From an uncultured Pseudomonadales bacterium (GTDB lineage: Bacteria; Patescibacteriota; Microgenomatia; UBA1400; PJMF01), in NCBI GenBank assembly GCA_964412775.1, contig CAYPPX010000001.1, positions 290,699 through 354,698 on the forward strand: a stretch of DNA of 64,000 nucleotides, in the 5' to 3' direction. Below, one piece after another: positions 37,286 to 47,557 of the stretch. Under the pieces are notes generated by a model, which was not told the DNA's origin, did no database searches, and saw nothing but the letters and a program-made list of their open reading frames with translations. The position numbers were made by a program, and so were the translations under genes. The stretch's first letter is position 1; each line of letters starts with the position of its first letter.

Positions 37286-38740
37286 TTAATTAAGTTTATA
37301 TAGATTTTGATTATCATGTTTATCTACAAGTTCAAATGTCGCTAGTTCTCCAAAAACTTCCTGATAGTATCCCTTAATAATATCTCTATTAACCGGTGTT
37401 TGATCTAAAACATAAATTTCATTACACCCTGTATCTAAATCTGATAGTTTTTTGTTTTTTTCTAAGATCAGGTTACTGTCGATGATTCTAACATTTTTAT
37501 CTAAAAAAAATTGAACAGATAGGGTATTCCATGGTGGTAAAGTTAGCAAACACCCTTGTTTGGGAAATTGGTAATTTTTAAAGTAAGAAAGTGGATTTTT
37601 TCTATAATTCCAAAGATCATAATTTTGTTCAAGATTTTTTTCTGGAAAAATATAGATTGGCCACTGAGTTAATTGCAAAAAGACTAATAAACAAATTATT
37701 AGTTTTCCATAACGATTTTTTATGGCTGCTAAAGTTATAAATATATAACAGGCAACAATAATAGTTATTGATGGCCTGGGGTAAAGTAAACTTTTATTAG
37801 ACAGGTAAACAGTTAGTAGAAACATGCTAAAAGAAATAAAAGTTGAAACTACTAATGTTATAAAATATTTTTTTGGTTCACCAAGTTTTATTTTGGTGAA
37901 AATTAAAACTGCAATTAAAAATAAAAATGGTAATAGAACTAAATTAATATCTGAAGTATGTTCAAATTTAGGAATAATGCCAAAGTAATTACCAAAAACC
38001 TGAATAGCATTTCTAAAATTTAACAGAGGAGCCCATTGGTTATTCTCGATGCTAGTTGTAGAGTTTTTTATAAAAGTTGGAATAAACCAAGAGATACTTA
38101 TAAGAAAAGTTGCCGTGAATATTAATAGTTGTTTAAGTTTATTTTTATTAAAACTTTGTAGAAAAAAAGTTAGTGGCCAAATGGGAATAATCCAGATAGC
38201 ACTATAGTTAGTTAAAAACATTACTGTGGCTAAAATACCTAAAAAAATAAAATTTTTATTTTTGTTTATTTCTTTTTTTTCTACTTTTCTTAAGATTACT
38301 AGCCACGCCAAAGAGTAAAAAATTGATAAACCCAAGATTATGGAGTACATACGATGTTGTGAAGTTAGGTGAGCAAGGTAAATGTTACTAGTAAATAAGC
38401 TATAAAAAATAATGAAAAATTTTTTATCAAAGTGTTTTTTGAAAATAGAATAAGTTATAACAAGTAATATAAAAAGACTTGTGATTTGGATAAGTCTATA
38501 TGGGAGAATTCCATGAGTAATACCGAAAATTTTGGTTGGATAATCCATTAAAAGGTACCAAAATTGAGGGTGAGTGTAATCAGGTGCAAATACTAGCTGG
38601 GCTGGTGTATTTGCGATGTTATTACTAATTGCTAAGATTTCATCTTCTAAAGCCTCATATTGTAAGTGAGCAAAATAGCGTGGTCCAAAAAACAAAAGTG
38701 ACAAAAGAAAGAAAATAGTAATTTTTTTTATTAATTTCAT
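37286..38740 (-). CDS. GT-C fold glycosyltransferase (ArnT/PMT-like, GT39/83-type).
   Basis: It is 484 aa with about 11 TM helices and a periplasmic C-terminal segment. It sits immediately downstream of a Dpm1-like GT2. Confidence 0.45.
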   Translation of the reverse strand: MKLIKKITIFFLLSLLFFGPRYFAHLQYEALEDEILAISNNIANTPAQLVFAPDYTHPQFWYLLMDYPTKIFGITHGILPYRLIQITSLFILLVITYSIFKKHFDKKFFIIFYSLFTSNIYLAHLTSQHRMYSIILGLSIFYSLAWLVILRKVEKKEINKNKNFIFLGILATVMFLTNYSAIWIIPIWPLTFFLQSFNKNKLKQLLIFTATFLISISWFIPTFIKNSTTSIENNQWAPLLNFRNAIQVFGNYFGIIPKFEHTSDINLVLLPFLFLIAVLIFTKIKLGEPKKYFITLVVSTFISFSMFLLTVYLSNKSLLYPRPSITIIVACYIFITLAAIKNRYGKLIICLLVFLQLTQWPIYIFPEKNLEQNYDLWNYRKNPLSYFKNYQFPKQGCLLTLPPWNTLSVQFFLDKNVRIIDSNLILEKNKKLSDLDTGCNEIYVLDQTPVNRDIIKGYYQEVFGELATFELVDKHDNQNLYKLN

Positions 38741-38817
38741 GATTAATTTATAGTTTTTTATTATATATTTTTTATTTTATTATAGTAAGTAATCGCTAAA
38801 TTTTTTTAGCTTTATAT

Positions 38818-39159
38818 TTGTTATGGCTAAGTTTAATGGTTTATAATAATCATATGTCTAAAAATCCTTTTCTTAATGCTCTTAGTGCAGCAACCTACAT
38901 TTTTTTAGTTGTAACTGTGATGAATTACGTCACAGCCCCACTCAAGGATAAACCAGATACTTTTTTTGCGCCTGTTACAGTTTTATTTGTGCTAACGCTT
39001 TCTGTTGCAGTAATGGCTTTTTTATTTTTTTATCAACCACTATTGCTTTTTATTGAGGGAAAAAGAAAAGAAGCAGTAAATTTATTTGTTAAAACTGTTG
39101 GTATTTTTGCCGTGATGACTATGGTTGTTTTAACCATGATTTTTTCTGGTTTATTTTAG
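38818..39159 (+). CDS. Small hypothetical membrane protein.
   Basis: It has three predicted TM helices and is 113 aa long. Confidence 0.35.
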   Translation: MLWLSLMVYNNHMSKNPFLNALSAATYIFLVVTVMNYVTAPLKDKPDTFFAPVTVLFVLTLSVAVMAFLFFYQPLLLFIEGKRKEAVNLFVKTVGIFAVMTMVVLTMIFSGLF

Positions 39160-39185
39160 TTTTAGCAATTTTGCTAGCTAAATCT

Positions 39186-40301
39186 TTAAAGACCGAAACA
39201 GTGACTTCCAGCTAAATTGAGACAGATGGAAAAAGAGACTATACCTAGTTGGGTAAGAATATAGAAAATATATGAGGCGATCAGTAGTATGCCAGCATAC
39301 CTTCCGATTTCCCATTTTTTAGCCAATAAAAGGAAGAGGAGCGCAACTACTGTAGCAAAGAGTAGTGTAATCGATGAAGAAAGATTTTCTGTTACTACAA
39401 CAATATTTTTGCCAGTAATGAGGGTGAGGAAAAACCATGGTAAGCCAAGTCCAATAGCAATATCAAAGATGTTAGAGCCTACAGCGTTGGCTATAGCCAT
39501 ATCCCCTTTGCCTTTTTTAGCTACATTAATAGAGGCTAACAAATCTGGGATAGATGTCCCTGCAGCCAAGATGGTTAAACCAATAATGACACTGGGAATT
39601 TTGAAGAAAATAGCAATATTAACAGCAGCTTCAACCATATAGTGACTGAGAATTGCTAATAAAAGAATAGAAATAAAAAAATTGATTAAGTATAGTTTTG
39701 GTTTTTTCTCAAGGTCAAAAAAAACAGTAGTTAGAGCTTTATCAAAGATATTTTTTATTGACCAGTTTTCTTTTCTAATGTTTCTAGTTTCTTTTTCTTC
39801 TGCCAAGGTATTTAAAATGTCATCTTTTGAAGTGTAGGGGAAAAGTTTTTTCCAAAAATTTAGTGAAAAAATATAAAGAATGTATAAGCCAATAAACAAG
39901 GCAGAGTCAATGAAGGTGATTTTGCCATCGATAAAAGTGAATAACAGCATGAAGATAGTTAGGATGTAAAAGGTCATATCACGGATAACTGGTTGCCAGG
40001 TGAGGAGGGCTCGTTTAAAAAGCGCTGACGCACCAATGATCACTAAAATATTGAAAATAGCTGAACCGACTATTGTGCCAGCACCCAATGATTGTTGTTC
40101 ATTAACTTTGGTGAGAGCCAATATAGAAACAAAAAGTTCTGGGGCACTGCTACCGATAGCCATAAATGTGGCGCCAGCCACATCAGAGGATAGTTTTAAT
40201 TTTTTAGAGATAATCTCCAAAGTTTCGACAAAAAATAGATCAATCAGCCTAGCCAACGCGTAAAAGGTAAATAGTAGTAGGATAAAATCTAAGATGATCA
40301 T
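39186..40301 (-). CDS. Ca2+:cation antiporter (CaCA, YrbG-like Na+/Ca2+ exchanger).
   Basis: It has alpha-repeat motifs GSSAPELFVSILAL and GTSIPDLLASINVAKKG. Confidence 0.75.
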   Translation of the reverse strand: MIILDFILLLFTFYALARLIDLFFVETLEIISKKLKLSSDVAGATFMAIGSSAPELFVSILALTKVNEQQSLGAGTIVGSAIFNILVIIGASALFKRALLTWQPVIRDMTFYILTIFMLLFTFIDGKITFIDSALFIGLYILYIFSLNFWKKLFPYTSKDDILNTLAEEKETRNIRKENWSIKNIFDKALTTVFFDLEKKPKLYLINFFISILLLAILSHYMVEAAVNIAIFFKIPSVIIGLTILAAGTSIPDLLASINVAKKGKGDMAIANAVGSNIFDIAIGLGLPWFFLTLITGKNIVVVTENLSSSITLLFATVVALLFLLLAKKWEIGRYAGILLIASYIFYILTQLGIVSFSICLNLAGSHCFGL

Positions 40302-40390
40302 AGATAGTACCTTACTGTAAGTTTATCTGGAAACCATGTCAAGCTTAGATCTAATTGACAGCTCTTCCCTTGACACCTTACTATTAATTC

Positions 40391-41185
40391 ATGCCCAAAA
40401 AATCTAAGAAATTGGCTAAAAAGCCAAAACTTTCCACTCCGATTCAACAGCCAATTAATTGGGCATATGAAATCAAACAATATGGTTTTGCTTTTGTTGT
40501 TACTTCAGTAGTTTTTGCTTTTCTTTCTTGGTACCTGTTTATTCGTCGTGGTTACTATGATCTTTACATTGCTAACAAAGTTATGGCCGGAACGGCTGCG
40601 GTTATTTTTTCGCTTATTCTAATGATTGGTACTGGTAGTCGACTTTTTTCTTTTCCTGATCGTTTTATGCAATATCGAAAAGAGTTGGGAATTATTGGTT
40701 TTTTCCTGACTTTAGCCCATGTTTTAGTTTCATTATTTTTTCTTCCAGATCATTTTCCACTGGCTAGATTTATCAGTCAAGTTAACTGGCCATTTTATTA
40801 TGGATTGGCTGGCACTGCTATTCTGATTGTTTTATTTATTACTTCATTTAAATCAGTGATTAATATTCTTGGGGTAAAAGTTTGGTGGCCCCTTCAGTAT
40901 TGGGGAATTAGGTTGGTTTTTTTGGCCACTGCTTTACATGTGGTGGTGATGAAGCTGAGATTTTGGATTAGTTGGTACCAGAAGGGTGGAAGTTCTGATT
41001 TAATGCGGCCTGATTGGCCAGCGGCTGGTATTTTGGTTGGCTGGTTTATGGGTGCTGCTCTTTTAATTAGAGTCGCTGAGATATTTGGTAGTAAATTTTC
41101 AAAATTTATTTGGTATTTTACTTGGATATTGTTACCAATTATCTATTATTTATCTTTTGTTTGGGGTAATCAGTTTGCTAAATAA
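40391..41185 (+). CDS. Hypothetical polytopic membrane protein.
   Basis: It has about 6 TM helices with conserved His residues. No confident family was recognised. Confidence 0.4.
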   Translation: MPKKSKKLAKKPKLSTPIQQPINWAYEIKQYGFAFVVTSVVFAFLSWYLFIRRGYYDLYIANKVMAGTAAVIFSLILMIGTGSRLFSFPDRFMQYRKELGIIGFFLTLAHVLVSLFFLPDHFPLARFISQVNWPFYYGLAGTAILIVLFITSFKSVINILGVKVWWPLQYWGIRLVFLATALHVVVMKLRFWISWYQKGGSSDLMRPDWPAAGILVGWFMGAALLIRVAEIFGSKFSKFIWYFTWILLPIIYYLSFVWGNQFAK

Positions 41186-41720
41186 AGTTAAACCAATTTA
41201 TATTAGTCATAACCCTATTGATCCTGGTGTTGATATTGGTCATGTCCATTTGAAAACGGCTGATCTTCAAAGAGTTAAAGATTTTTATGTTGAAATTTTG
41301 GGATTTGATATCGTTGCTGAAATTCCCAATGCTTTGTTTTTATCTGCTGGTGGTTATCATCACAATTTAGCTTTTAATACTTGGGAATCAGCAAATGGTT
41401 TACCACCAGAATTTGGTCGAACTGGTTTATACCATGTGGCAATTAGGTATCCTAATAGAGGCGCTTTGGGTGATGCTTTACTTCGTTTACAGCAAGCGAA
41501 TTGGCCTTTAGTTGGGGTTAACGATCATGGTACTCACGAAGCTTTATATCTAAATGATCCTGATAGTAATGGTTTAGAACTTTATTGGGATAGGCCAGAG
41601 AAAGATTGGCCGGTAGATGCTAATGGTCACTTAGTTTTTGATCAGGGTAGAAGGTTAAATCTTCAAGATTTGCTGAATGAAGGTAAGATATACCGCAAAC
41701 AGAAACTTTCAAAAGCTTAA
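41175..41720 (+). CDS. VOC family protein (glyoxalase/extradiol dioxygenase fold). The track ORF begins at 41085 and a TTG start near 41175 is more likely.
   Basis: It has two betaalphabetabetabeta modules with metal-binding-like HVHL...HHNLAF...HVAIRY...GTHEALYLNDPDSNGLEL. Confidence 0.5.
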   Translation: MLNKVKPIYISHNPIDPGVDIGHVHLKTADLQRVKDFYVEILGFDIVAEIPNALFLSAGGYHHNLAFNTWESANGLPPEFGRTGLYHVAIRYPNRGALGDALLRLQQANWPLVGVNDHGTHEALYLNDPDSNGLELYWDRPEKDWPVDANGHLVFDQGRRLNLQDLLNEGKIYRKQKLSKA

Positions 41721-41728
41721 TTTTAAGC

Positions 41729-42934
41729 TTATGAAATATTTTTTAAAATTGAATTAATTTTTTTGAAATTTGGTCTTTTTTCTGTTTCTGTTGTTAAACA
41801 AAGATTTTTGAGGTGTTCTAGTTTATTGAAACTTTCTGTTTTTATTGTTGGAGTATGATCGAGTAAATCTGCAATCAAAAAACCAAAGGCTCTAACATCA
41901 ATTGCTTCTCTTTCTGGTTCGAGATCTTTATTGTATAAAGAAGCGGCTCCAAAATCGCCAAGATAGATATCTCCATTTTGATTAGTTAAGATATTGTGGG
42001 CATATAAATCTCCGTTCATGATGCCTAGTTGATGTAGATGTGTATAAGCAGAACTAACTTGCTGTAGTACTTTTAAAATAAAGTTACTTGTAAATTTTTG
42101 ATTTTCGGCAAAGGTATCACGGTAGCAAGTGTCAAAGCTGGGAGGCAAACCTAAAGTTGAGAATTTTTTGTCTATTTTTTTTAGAGCAATAGCAAAATTA
42201 TTAGTTGGTTCGTCAGTGATTTCAAAAAGTGTTTCAATAATATTAGGATGTTTTCTTGCCAAAAAACTGGTCATTAAATCATCTTGTGGGTAGCCATCAC
42301 TGGTGATTTTACTGCCAAAGATTTTGACTGCCACTTCATCTTTTAGGCCTTTAACTGAGGCTTGATAAATTTTATTTTGGGCGCTTGCTCCAAGCATTGA
42401 TTTGATTTTTATATCTGACCAATTAACTTTGTGAATATTTATTTCTTGCTGTGTTTTTTTCAAAGAAAAAGGATTACCAGCATCAGCATACCAAGCTAAA
42501 TTTGGCAATTTTTTAATTAGGGGAAATGGTGACTTTTTTAATTTATTAGCTGAAATCCTTAATAGGGTTAGCTTTTTACAAGCCGTTAGTTCTTCAGGTA
42601 TTGTTGTAATTTGATTGCCAGCTAAGAGTAGTTTCTCAAGTTTTTTAAGCAGACCAATGTCTTTGGGAATTTGGTTAATTTTATTATCAGTTAAAGTTAG
42701 CCACCTAATGTTTTTTGGTAGTGAGCTAATCTCTAAGGTTGTTAATTGGCATGATTTCATCCCCAGAAACTCTAAGTTTTCTAAATGACTGATTTCTTGA
42801 GGAATTTTTTTAAAATTATTATTTGATAAAAATAAAACCTTTAAGTTTTTTAAAGTTATTACCCATTGAGGTAGTTGATCAAGGTTTTTTCCAGATAGAT
42901 CTAAAACTGTGGTGGTTGGTGGGAAGTCGTTCAT
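41729..42934 (-). CDS. Leucine-rich repeat protein fused to a Ser/Thr protein-kinase-like domain.
   Basis: The N-terminal half carries about 6 LRRs (LxxLxLxxNxL, for example LKVLFLSNNNFKKIP and LEKLLLAGNQITTIP). The C-terminal half has VAVK (beta3 Lys), a catalytic-loop variant NGDLYAHN, DFG as GDFGAAS and a PE motif. There is no signal peptide or TM helix. Confidence 0.6.
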   Translation of the reverse strand: MNDFPPTTTVLDLSGKNLDQLPQWVITLKNLKVLFLSNNNFKKIPQEISHLENLEFLGMKSCQLTTLEISSLPKNIRWLTLTDNKINQIPKDIGLLKKLEKLLLAGNQITTIPEELTACKKLTLLRISANKLKKSPFPLIKKLPNLAWYADAGNPFSLKKTQQEINIHKVNWSDIKIKSMLGASAQNKIYQASVKGLKDEVAVKIFGSKITSDGYPQDDLMTSFLARKHPNIIETLFEITDEPTNNFAIALKKIDKKFSTLGLPPSFDTCYRDTFAENQKFTSNFILKVLQQVSSAYTHLHQLGIMNGDLYAHNILTNQNGDIYLGDFGAASLYNKDLEPEREAIDVRAFGFLIADLLDHTPTIKTESFNKLEHLKNLCLTTETEKRPNFKKINSILKNIS

Positions 42935-43008
42935 TAAGCAGATTATAACAATTTTTAATCAGCGTTTTAGCTGGTTGGTTTAAAATCTCCACTTGTTATA
43001 CTAACTTT

Positions 43009-43362
43009 ATGAATAACCATAAAATTTATACCATGAGCTTTTCCAAGGTTTATCCTTTATATATTGCTAAAGCAGAACGAAAAGGCAGAACCAAGGCTGA
43101 GGTTGATCAGATTATTTATTGGTTAACTGGCTATCAACAAGCACAACTCAACAAACATCTGGAGCTAGGTACAGATGTCGAAAATTTTTTTGCTCAAGCT
43201 CCCAAGCTGAACCCACTCCGTTCGCAAATTAAGGGAATTATTTGTGGAGTGAGGATAGAGGAGATTAAAGAACCATTGATGAGGGAGATTCGTTATTTAG
43301 ATAAATTAATTGATGAATTGGCTAGAGGCAAGGCATTGGAAAAGATTTTAAGAAAAGCGTAG
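43009..43362 (+). CDS. DUF2200-like small protein.
   Basis: [33 protein letters not shown] resembles the DUF2200 signature. The assignment is from memory. Confidence 0.4.
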   Translation: MNNHKIYTMSFSKVYPLYIAKAERKGRTKAEVDQIIYWLTGYQQAQLNKHLELGTDVENFFAQAPKLNPLRSQIKGIICGVRIEEIKEPLMREIRYLDKLIDELARGKALEKILRKA

Positions 43363-43451
43363 GTTTTCTTACTGAGTTTTAGATTTTATTTTTGTTATAT
43401 TTAAAAAATATATTTCATGTTTAGTAAACATTTTTTTTGAAAGAATAAAAA

Positions 43452-43907
43452 ATGCAAAAAATTGTCCCTAATTTATGGTTTTCTAGAAATGCAAGCGAAG
43501 CAGTAGATTTTTATACTTCAGTTTTCAAAGATAGTAAAATTCTTAATACTGTTTATTACCCAGTTGAGGGCTTGGCTGATTTTCAACAGGAGTTTGCTGG
43601 CAAAGTTTTAACGATTGATTTTGAATTAAATGGTCAGGTTTTTACAGTGATTAATGCTGGTGATGAGTTTAAGTTTACCGAGGCAATTTCTCTGGCTGTT
43701 TTTTGTAAAGACCAAGCTGAAATTGATTACTATTGGTCCAAGTTATCTGCCCACCCAGAAAATGAACAGTGTGGTTGGTGTAAGGATCAGTATGGTTTAA
43801 GTTGGCAGATTGTTCCAGAGAACATTGAAGAGTTGATGAAAACTAAAGGTGCTTTTGAGATTATGATGCAACAAAAAAAGATTGTAATTGCTGATTATCA
43901 GGTTTAG
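43452..43907 (+). CDS. PhnB-like VOC protein (3-demethylubiquinone-9 3-methyltransferase-like domain).
   Basis: Its N-terminus MQKIVPNLWFSRNASEAVDFYTSVFKDSKI is characteristic of the family. Confidence 0.5.
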   Translation: MQKIVPNLWFSRNASEAVDFYTSVFKDSKILNTVYYPVEGLADFQQEFAGKVLTIDFELNGQVFTVINAGDEFKFTEAISLAVFCKDQAEIDYYWSKLSAHPENEQCGWCKDQYGLSWQIVPENIEELMKTKGAFEIMMQQKKIVIADYQV

Positions 43908-43985
43908 TAATTCTTACTTTTTAGCTTTGATGATTTTGTTAGTTTAATTACAAATTTATTTTTCCTGTTACAATGGTTTTTACTT

Positions 43986-44786
43986 ATGAAAACTAAAAAA
44001 TCTTTGGTTATAGTTTTGTTACTAATTTTATTTGTAGCTGGTTTGTTAGGCTACTTTTATCTATTAAATCGACAAACTAATAGTTCAGTGACAAAAACTA
44101 AAGACTCTATTGAAGAGCCAGCTGAAAAAACTTATTTATTAGCAAATTATCCAATTGAAACTGTCCCACTTTATGAATTAAAGAAAGTAAGTTCATCTAA
44201 GTTTTTTGTTAATGATGACCCCAAAAACTTTGCTGGTTACTTTGGTCAACCAGTTAACTACTATAATGTTGTTTTTGAAACAGAAGCTACGCCAACAGAT
44301 TTATTGGCTTACTATCGTTCACTAATGAGTGAGGTCAATGAAGATACTATCTCAACAGAAAGAATCGAGGGAAAGATTGGCAAATACAAAGTCTCTGTAT
44401 CGCACTATGGTAACAATCCACAAAATTATGCTTATCTTCAAGTTTATTTACCAGTAGAAGAGTATCAAAAGGTTAATCCTTATTTCCAAGATTATCCACA
44501 GATTGTTGAATTTGATAGCTCGCTAATTGAACACGAAACTGCTTATGGCCTATTAAATCAAAAAGGTGGTGAAGTTGAGTATTGGCAATATTTTTCTTTG
44601 CCTAAAGAAATTGAAGAGCAAGATAAACTGATTAAAAGTTACCAAGAACAGTATCAAAATCAACCTAGTTATAGTTTTGAGGAAAAAACTGGTTTGATGA
44701 AATGGCAAGATAGTGGTTACACCATTAACCTCACTTTTTCTAAAGATCATGGTCGAGTTTATTTGATGATTCGTAGGCCAATGTAA
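43986..44786 (+). CDS. Hypothetical membrane-anchored protein.
   Basis: An N-terminal TM anchor is followed by a 230-aa domain of unknown function. Confidence 0.4.
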   Translation: MKTKKSLVIVLLLILFVAGLLGYFYLLNRQTNSSVTKTKDSIEEPAEKTYLLANYPIETVPLYELKKVSSSKFFVNDDPKNFAGYFGQPVNYYNVVFETEATPTDLLAYYRSLMSEVNEDTISTERIEGKIGKYKVSVSHYGNNPQNYAYLQVYLPVEEYQKVNPYFQDYPQIVEFDSSLIEHETAYGLLNQKGGEVEYWQYFSLPKEIEEQDKLIKSYQEQYQNQPSYSFEEKTGLMKWQDSGYTINLTFSKDHGRVYLMIRRPM

Positions 44787-44830
44787 GTTATTTATCACTA
44801 GTTAAAATTCCCTATTGTTTTATTCATAAA

Positions 44831-44854
44831 ACATATTCATAATATCGAATATGT
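44831..44854 (+). promoter_or_regulatory. Candidate operator: an 8-8-8 inverted repeat ACATATTC-N8-GAATATGT overlapping the start codon of the ArsR-type regulator.
   Basis: The arms are perfect 8-bp repeats. A nearby direct repeat TATTCATAA occurs at 44821 and 44834. Confidence 0.35.
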
Positions 44855-45333
44855 ACTCAGAAGTTTTTGAATTGCACGCTCAGTTACTAAAAGCTTTGGC
44901 TCATCCGAAGCGTTTAGAAATTATTCATCTAATTAGAGATCAAGAATTATCAGTGAGTGATATTCACCAAATGCTTGATTTACCACAGGCCAATATTAGT
45001 CAACATTTAATGTTATTACGTGATACTGGAATTGTTAAAACTCGCCGTGATGGTAAACAGATTTTTTACTCTTTGGTAGATCAAAAATTTATTCAAGCGA
45101 GTGATTTAATGAGAACTGTTACTATTCAACAGTTAGTGAAAAGTGGTAAATCTACTCAAGAGGCACTGATGAAGCTTAATGAGTTAGTACCACTAGTTCA
45201 TGATCCAGTTTGTCAGATGAGAGTTTCTCCTAAAACCGCAGGTTTTAGTTGTGATCACAATCATCAAACTTACTACTTTTGTGCCAGTGGTTGTATGAAG
45301 TTGTTTCAAAAGGATCCAGTCAAGTATGTCTAA
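44851..45333 (+). CDS. ArsR/SmtB family metalloregulator with a C-terminal YHS metal-binding domain.
   Basis: It has the w[33 protein letters not shown]. Its C-terminus (DPVCQMRV...[16 protein letters not shown]) is YHS-like. Confidence 0.65.
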   Translation: MYSEVFELHAQLLKALAHPKRLEIIHLIRDQELSVSDIHQMLDLPQANISQHLMLLRDTGIVKTRRDGKQIFYSLVDQKFIQASDLMRTVTIQQLVKSGKSTQEALMKLNELVPLVHDPVCQMRVSPKTAGFSCDHNHQTYYFCASGCMKLFQKDPVKYV

Positions 45334-47545
45334 ACAAACGGTTGCTTTTCATGTTTCAGGGATGCATTGTGCTAGTTGTGCTAGTAATACTTCTAGAAAA
45401 TTAAATAAAACCAAAGGAGTAATTGAGGCCAATGTTAACTATGCTAACGAACAAGCTACAGTGGTATTCGATGATCAACAAGCCTCAACAACTGATTTAG
45501 TAGCAGCGGTTTCTTCTCTAGGTTATGGAGCTCATTTAGAAGTAGATGAAGATATTCAGGAGCAAGAGCGGGCTAAAGAATTAAAACTGATGAAAAACAA
45601 GCTGACAGTTGGTGGATTACTTTCTATCATTTTGTTATTAGGCATGTTACCTAACTTACCAGCTATTTTTTATAGCCCATGGTTTCAGTGGTTATTAGCT
45701 ACTCCAGTTCAATTCTGGTCTGGGCTAAGGTTTTACCAAGGGGCTTGGTCTAGTCTAAAAAATAAAACTACCAACATGGATACTTTGGTGGTTCTTGGTA
45801 CTTCTGTAGCTTATTTTTATTCAGCAATTGTTACCATTTGGGGTGATTGGTTTATGAGTCATGGTCTTGATACCCATGTTTATTTTGAAGCTGGTGCTGC
45901 AATTATTACTTTTATTTTATTGGGTAAATTTTTAGAGATTTCTGCCAAAGCCAAAACTTCGACAGCAATTAAGGAATTACTCAACTTACAAGCAAAAACT
46001 GCCTTACTAAAAAAAGGTGATGATTGGCATGAAGTGCCAATTGAACAAGTAAAAGCAGGTGATATTTTATTGGTAAAACCAGGTCAAAAGGTTCCAGTTG
46101 ATGGAATAATCATTAAAGGTGAAACAGCTATTGATGAGAGTATGGTAACGGGGGAAAGTTTGCCAGTTAGTAAAAGTGTTAGTGATGAAGTGGTGGGTGC
46201 TACGATTAATCAGTCTGGTAGTGTCGAAATTAAAGCAACTAAAATAGGCAGTGAAACAATGCTTGCCAGTATTATTCGTTTAGTTAAAGAAGCTCAAGGT
46301 TCTAGACCACAAATTCAAGCTTTAGTTGATAAAATTTCGTCTTATTTTGTGCCAACAGTGATAGTTTTGGCAATGCTAACTTTTGTTTTATGGCTATTTA
46401 TCGGTCCAGAACCAAAATTTTTATTTGCTTTGGTCAATATGATTAATGTGCTAATTATTGCTTGTCCATGTGCTTTGGGTTTAGCTACACCGACCTCATT
46501 AATGGTTGGAATTGGTAAAGGTGCTAAATTAGGAGTTTTAATTAAAGATGCTCAAGCTTTAGAAGTAGCTAATAAAGTTAAGACAGTAGTTTTTGATAAG
46601 ACTGGAACGTTGACTGAAGGTAAACCCAGAGTTCAACAAGCCGATTTCATGGTAAGTAATAAAAAACAAGCTTTAGCGGTAATTAAAAAAGTTGAGGAAT
46701 TATCTCACCATCCATTAGCTATGGCTCTTACTGAGTACGTAGATCAACAACTTAGAACAAAAGTCAAAGTGGGTGAAGTTACTAGTTTTAAAGATATCGG
46801 TGGTAAAGGAGTGGTTGCCAAAGTTGAAGGTAAACAAGTGGCTGTTGGTAATGAAAAGTTACTTGCTGAGTTAAAAATTAAGTTGACAGCAATAGAACAA
46901 GAAAAAGTTAACTCACTGAAAAGCAATGGGCAAACTTTAGTTCTAGTGGTAATGGCTAAGAAGTTGGTAGCTGTAATTGGGATAGCTGATAAAGAGAAAG
47001 TTAATGCAGCCAAAGTGATTGAGTCACTAAAAGAAGAAAATATCAAAACAGTAATGTTGACAGGTGATAACCAAATGACTGCCAAAATTATTGCAGCTAG
47101 GTTGGGGATTGACGAAGTAGTGGCTGAGGTTTTACCAAAAGATAAGGAACAAGTAGTCAAACAACTAAGAACTGACTATGGTGTAGTAGCAATGGTGGGA
47201 GATGGAATTAATGATGCTCCGGCTTTAGCAGCAGCTGATGTGGGGATTGCGATGGGAGGTGGGACTGATGTAGCAATTGAGTCAGCCGGAATAACTTTAT
47301 TACGCAGTGAGATTGGTTTAGTGCCAACAGCAATTAAACTTTCTAGGGCAACAATGACTAATATTAAGCAAAATTTGTTTTGGGCTTTTGCTTACAATAT
47401 AATTTTAATTCCAGTGGCAATGGGTATTCTATATTTACCATTTGGAGTGTCATTGAACCCAATGATGGCTGGAGCAGCCATGGCTTTTTCTAGTGTAAGT
47501 GTGGTTGCTAATGCTTTGAGATTAAGAAATTTTAATTTAAACTAA
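45326..47545 (+). CDS. copA: Copper-translocating P1B-type ATPase.
   Basis: It has an HMA domain (GMHCASCAS), TM CPC ([11 protein letters not shown]), [15 protein letters not shown] and TGES. Confidence 0.9.
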   Translation: MSKQTVAFHVSGMHCASCASNTSRKLNKTKGVIEANVNYANEQATVVFDDQQASTTDLVAAVSSLGYGAHLEVDEDIQEQERAKELKLMKNKLTVGGLLSIILLLGMLPNLPAIFYSPWFQWLLATPVQFWSGLRFYQGAWSSLKNKTTNMDTLVVLGTSVAYFYSAIVTIWGDWFMSHGLDTHVYFEAGAAIITFILLGKFLEISAKAKTSTAIKELLNLQAKTALLKKGDDWHEVPIEQVKAGDILLVKPGQKVPVDGIIIKGETAIDESMVTGESLPVSKSVSDEVVGATINQSGSVEIKATKIGSETMLASIIRLVKEAQGSRPQIQALVDKISSYFVPTVIVLAMLTFVLWLFIGPEPKFLFALVNMINVLIIACPCALGLATPTSLMVGIGKGAKLGVLIKDAQALEVANKVKTVVFDKTGTLTEGKPRVQQADFMVSNKKQALAVIKKVEELSHHPLAMALTEYVDQQLRTKVKVGEVTSFKDIGGKGVVAKVEGKQVAVGNEKLLAELKIKLTAIEQEKVNSLKSNGQTLVLVVMAKKLVAVIGIADKEKVNAAKVIESLKEENIKTVMLTGDNQMTAKIIAARLGIDEVVAEVLPKDKEQVVKQLRTDYGVVAMVGDGINDAPALAAADVGIAMGGGTDVAIESAGITLLRSEIGLVPTAIKLSRATMTNIKQNLFWAFAYNIILIPVAMGILYLPFGVSLNPMMAGAAMAFSSVSVVANALRLRNFNLN

Positions 47546-47557
47546 AGGAAAAAAACT

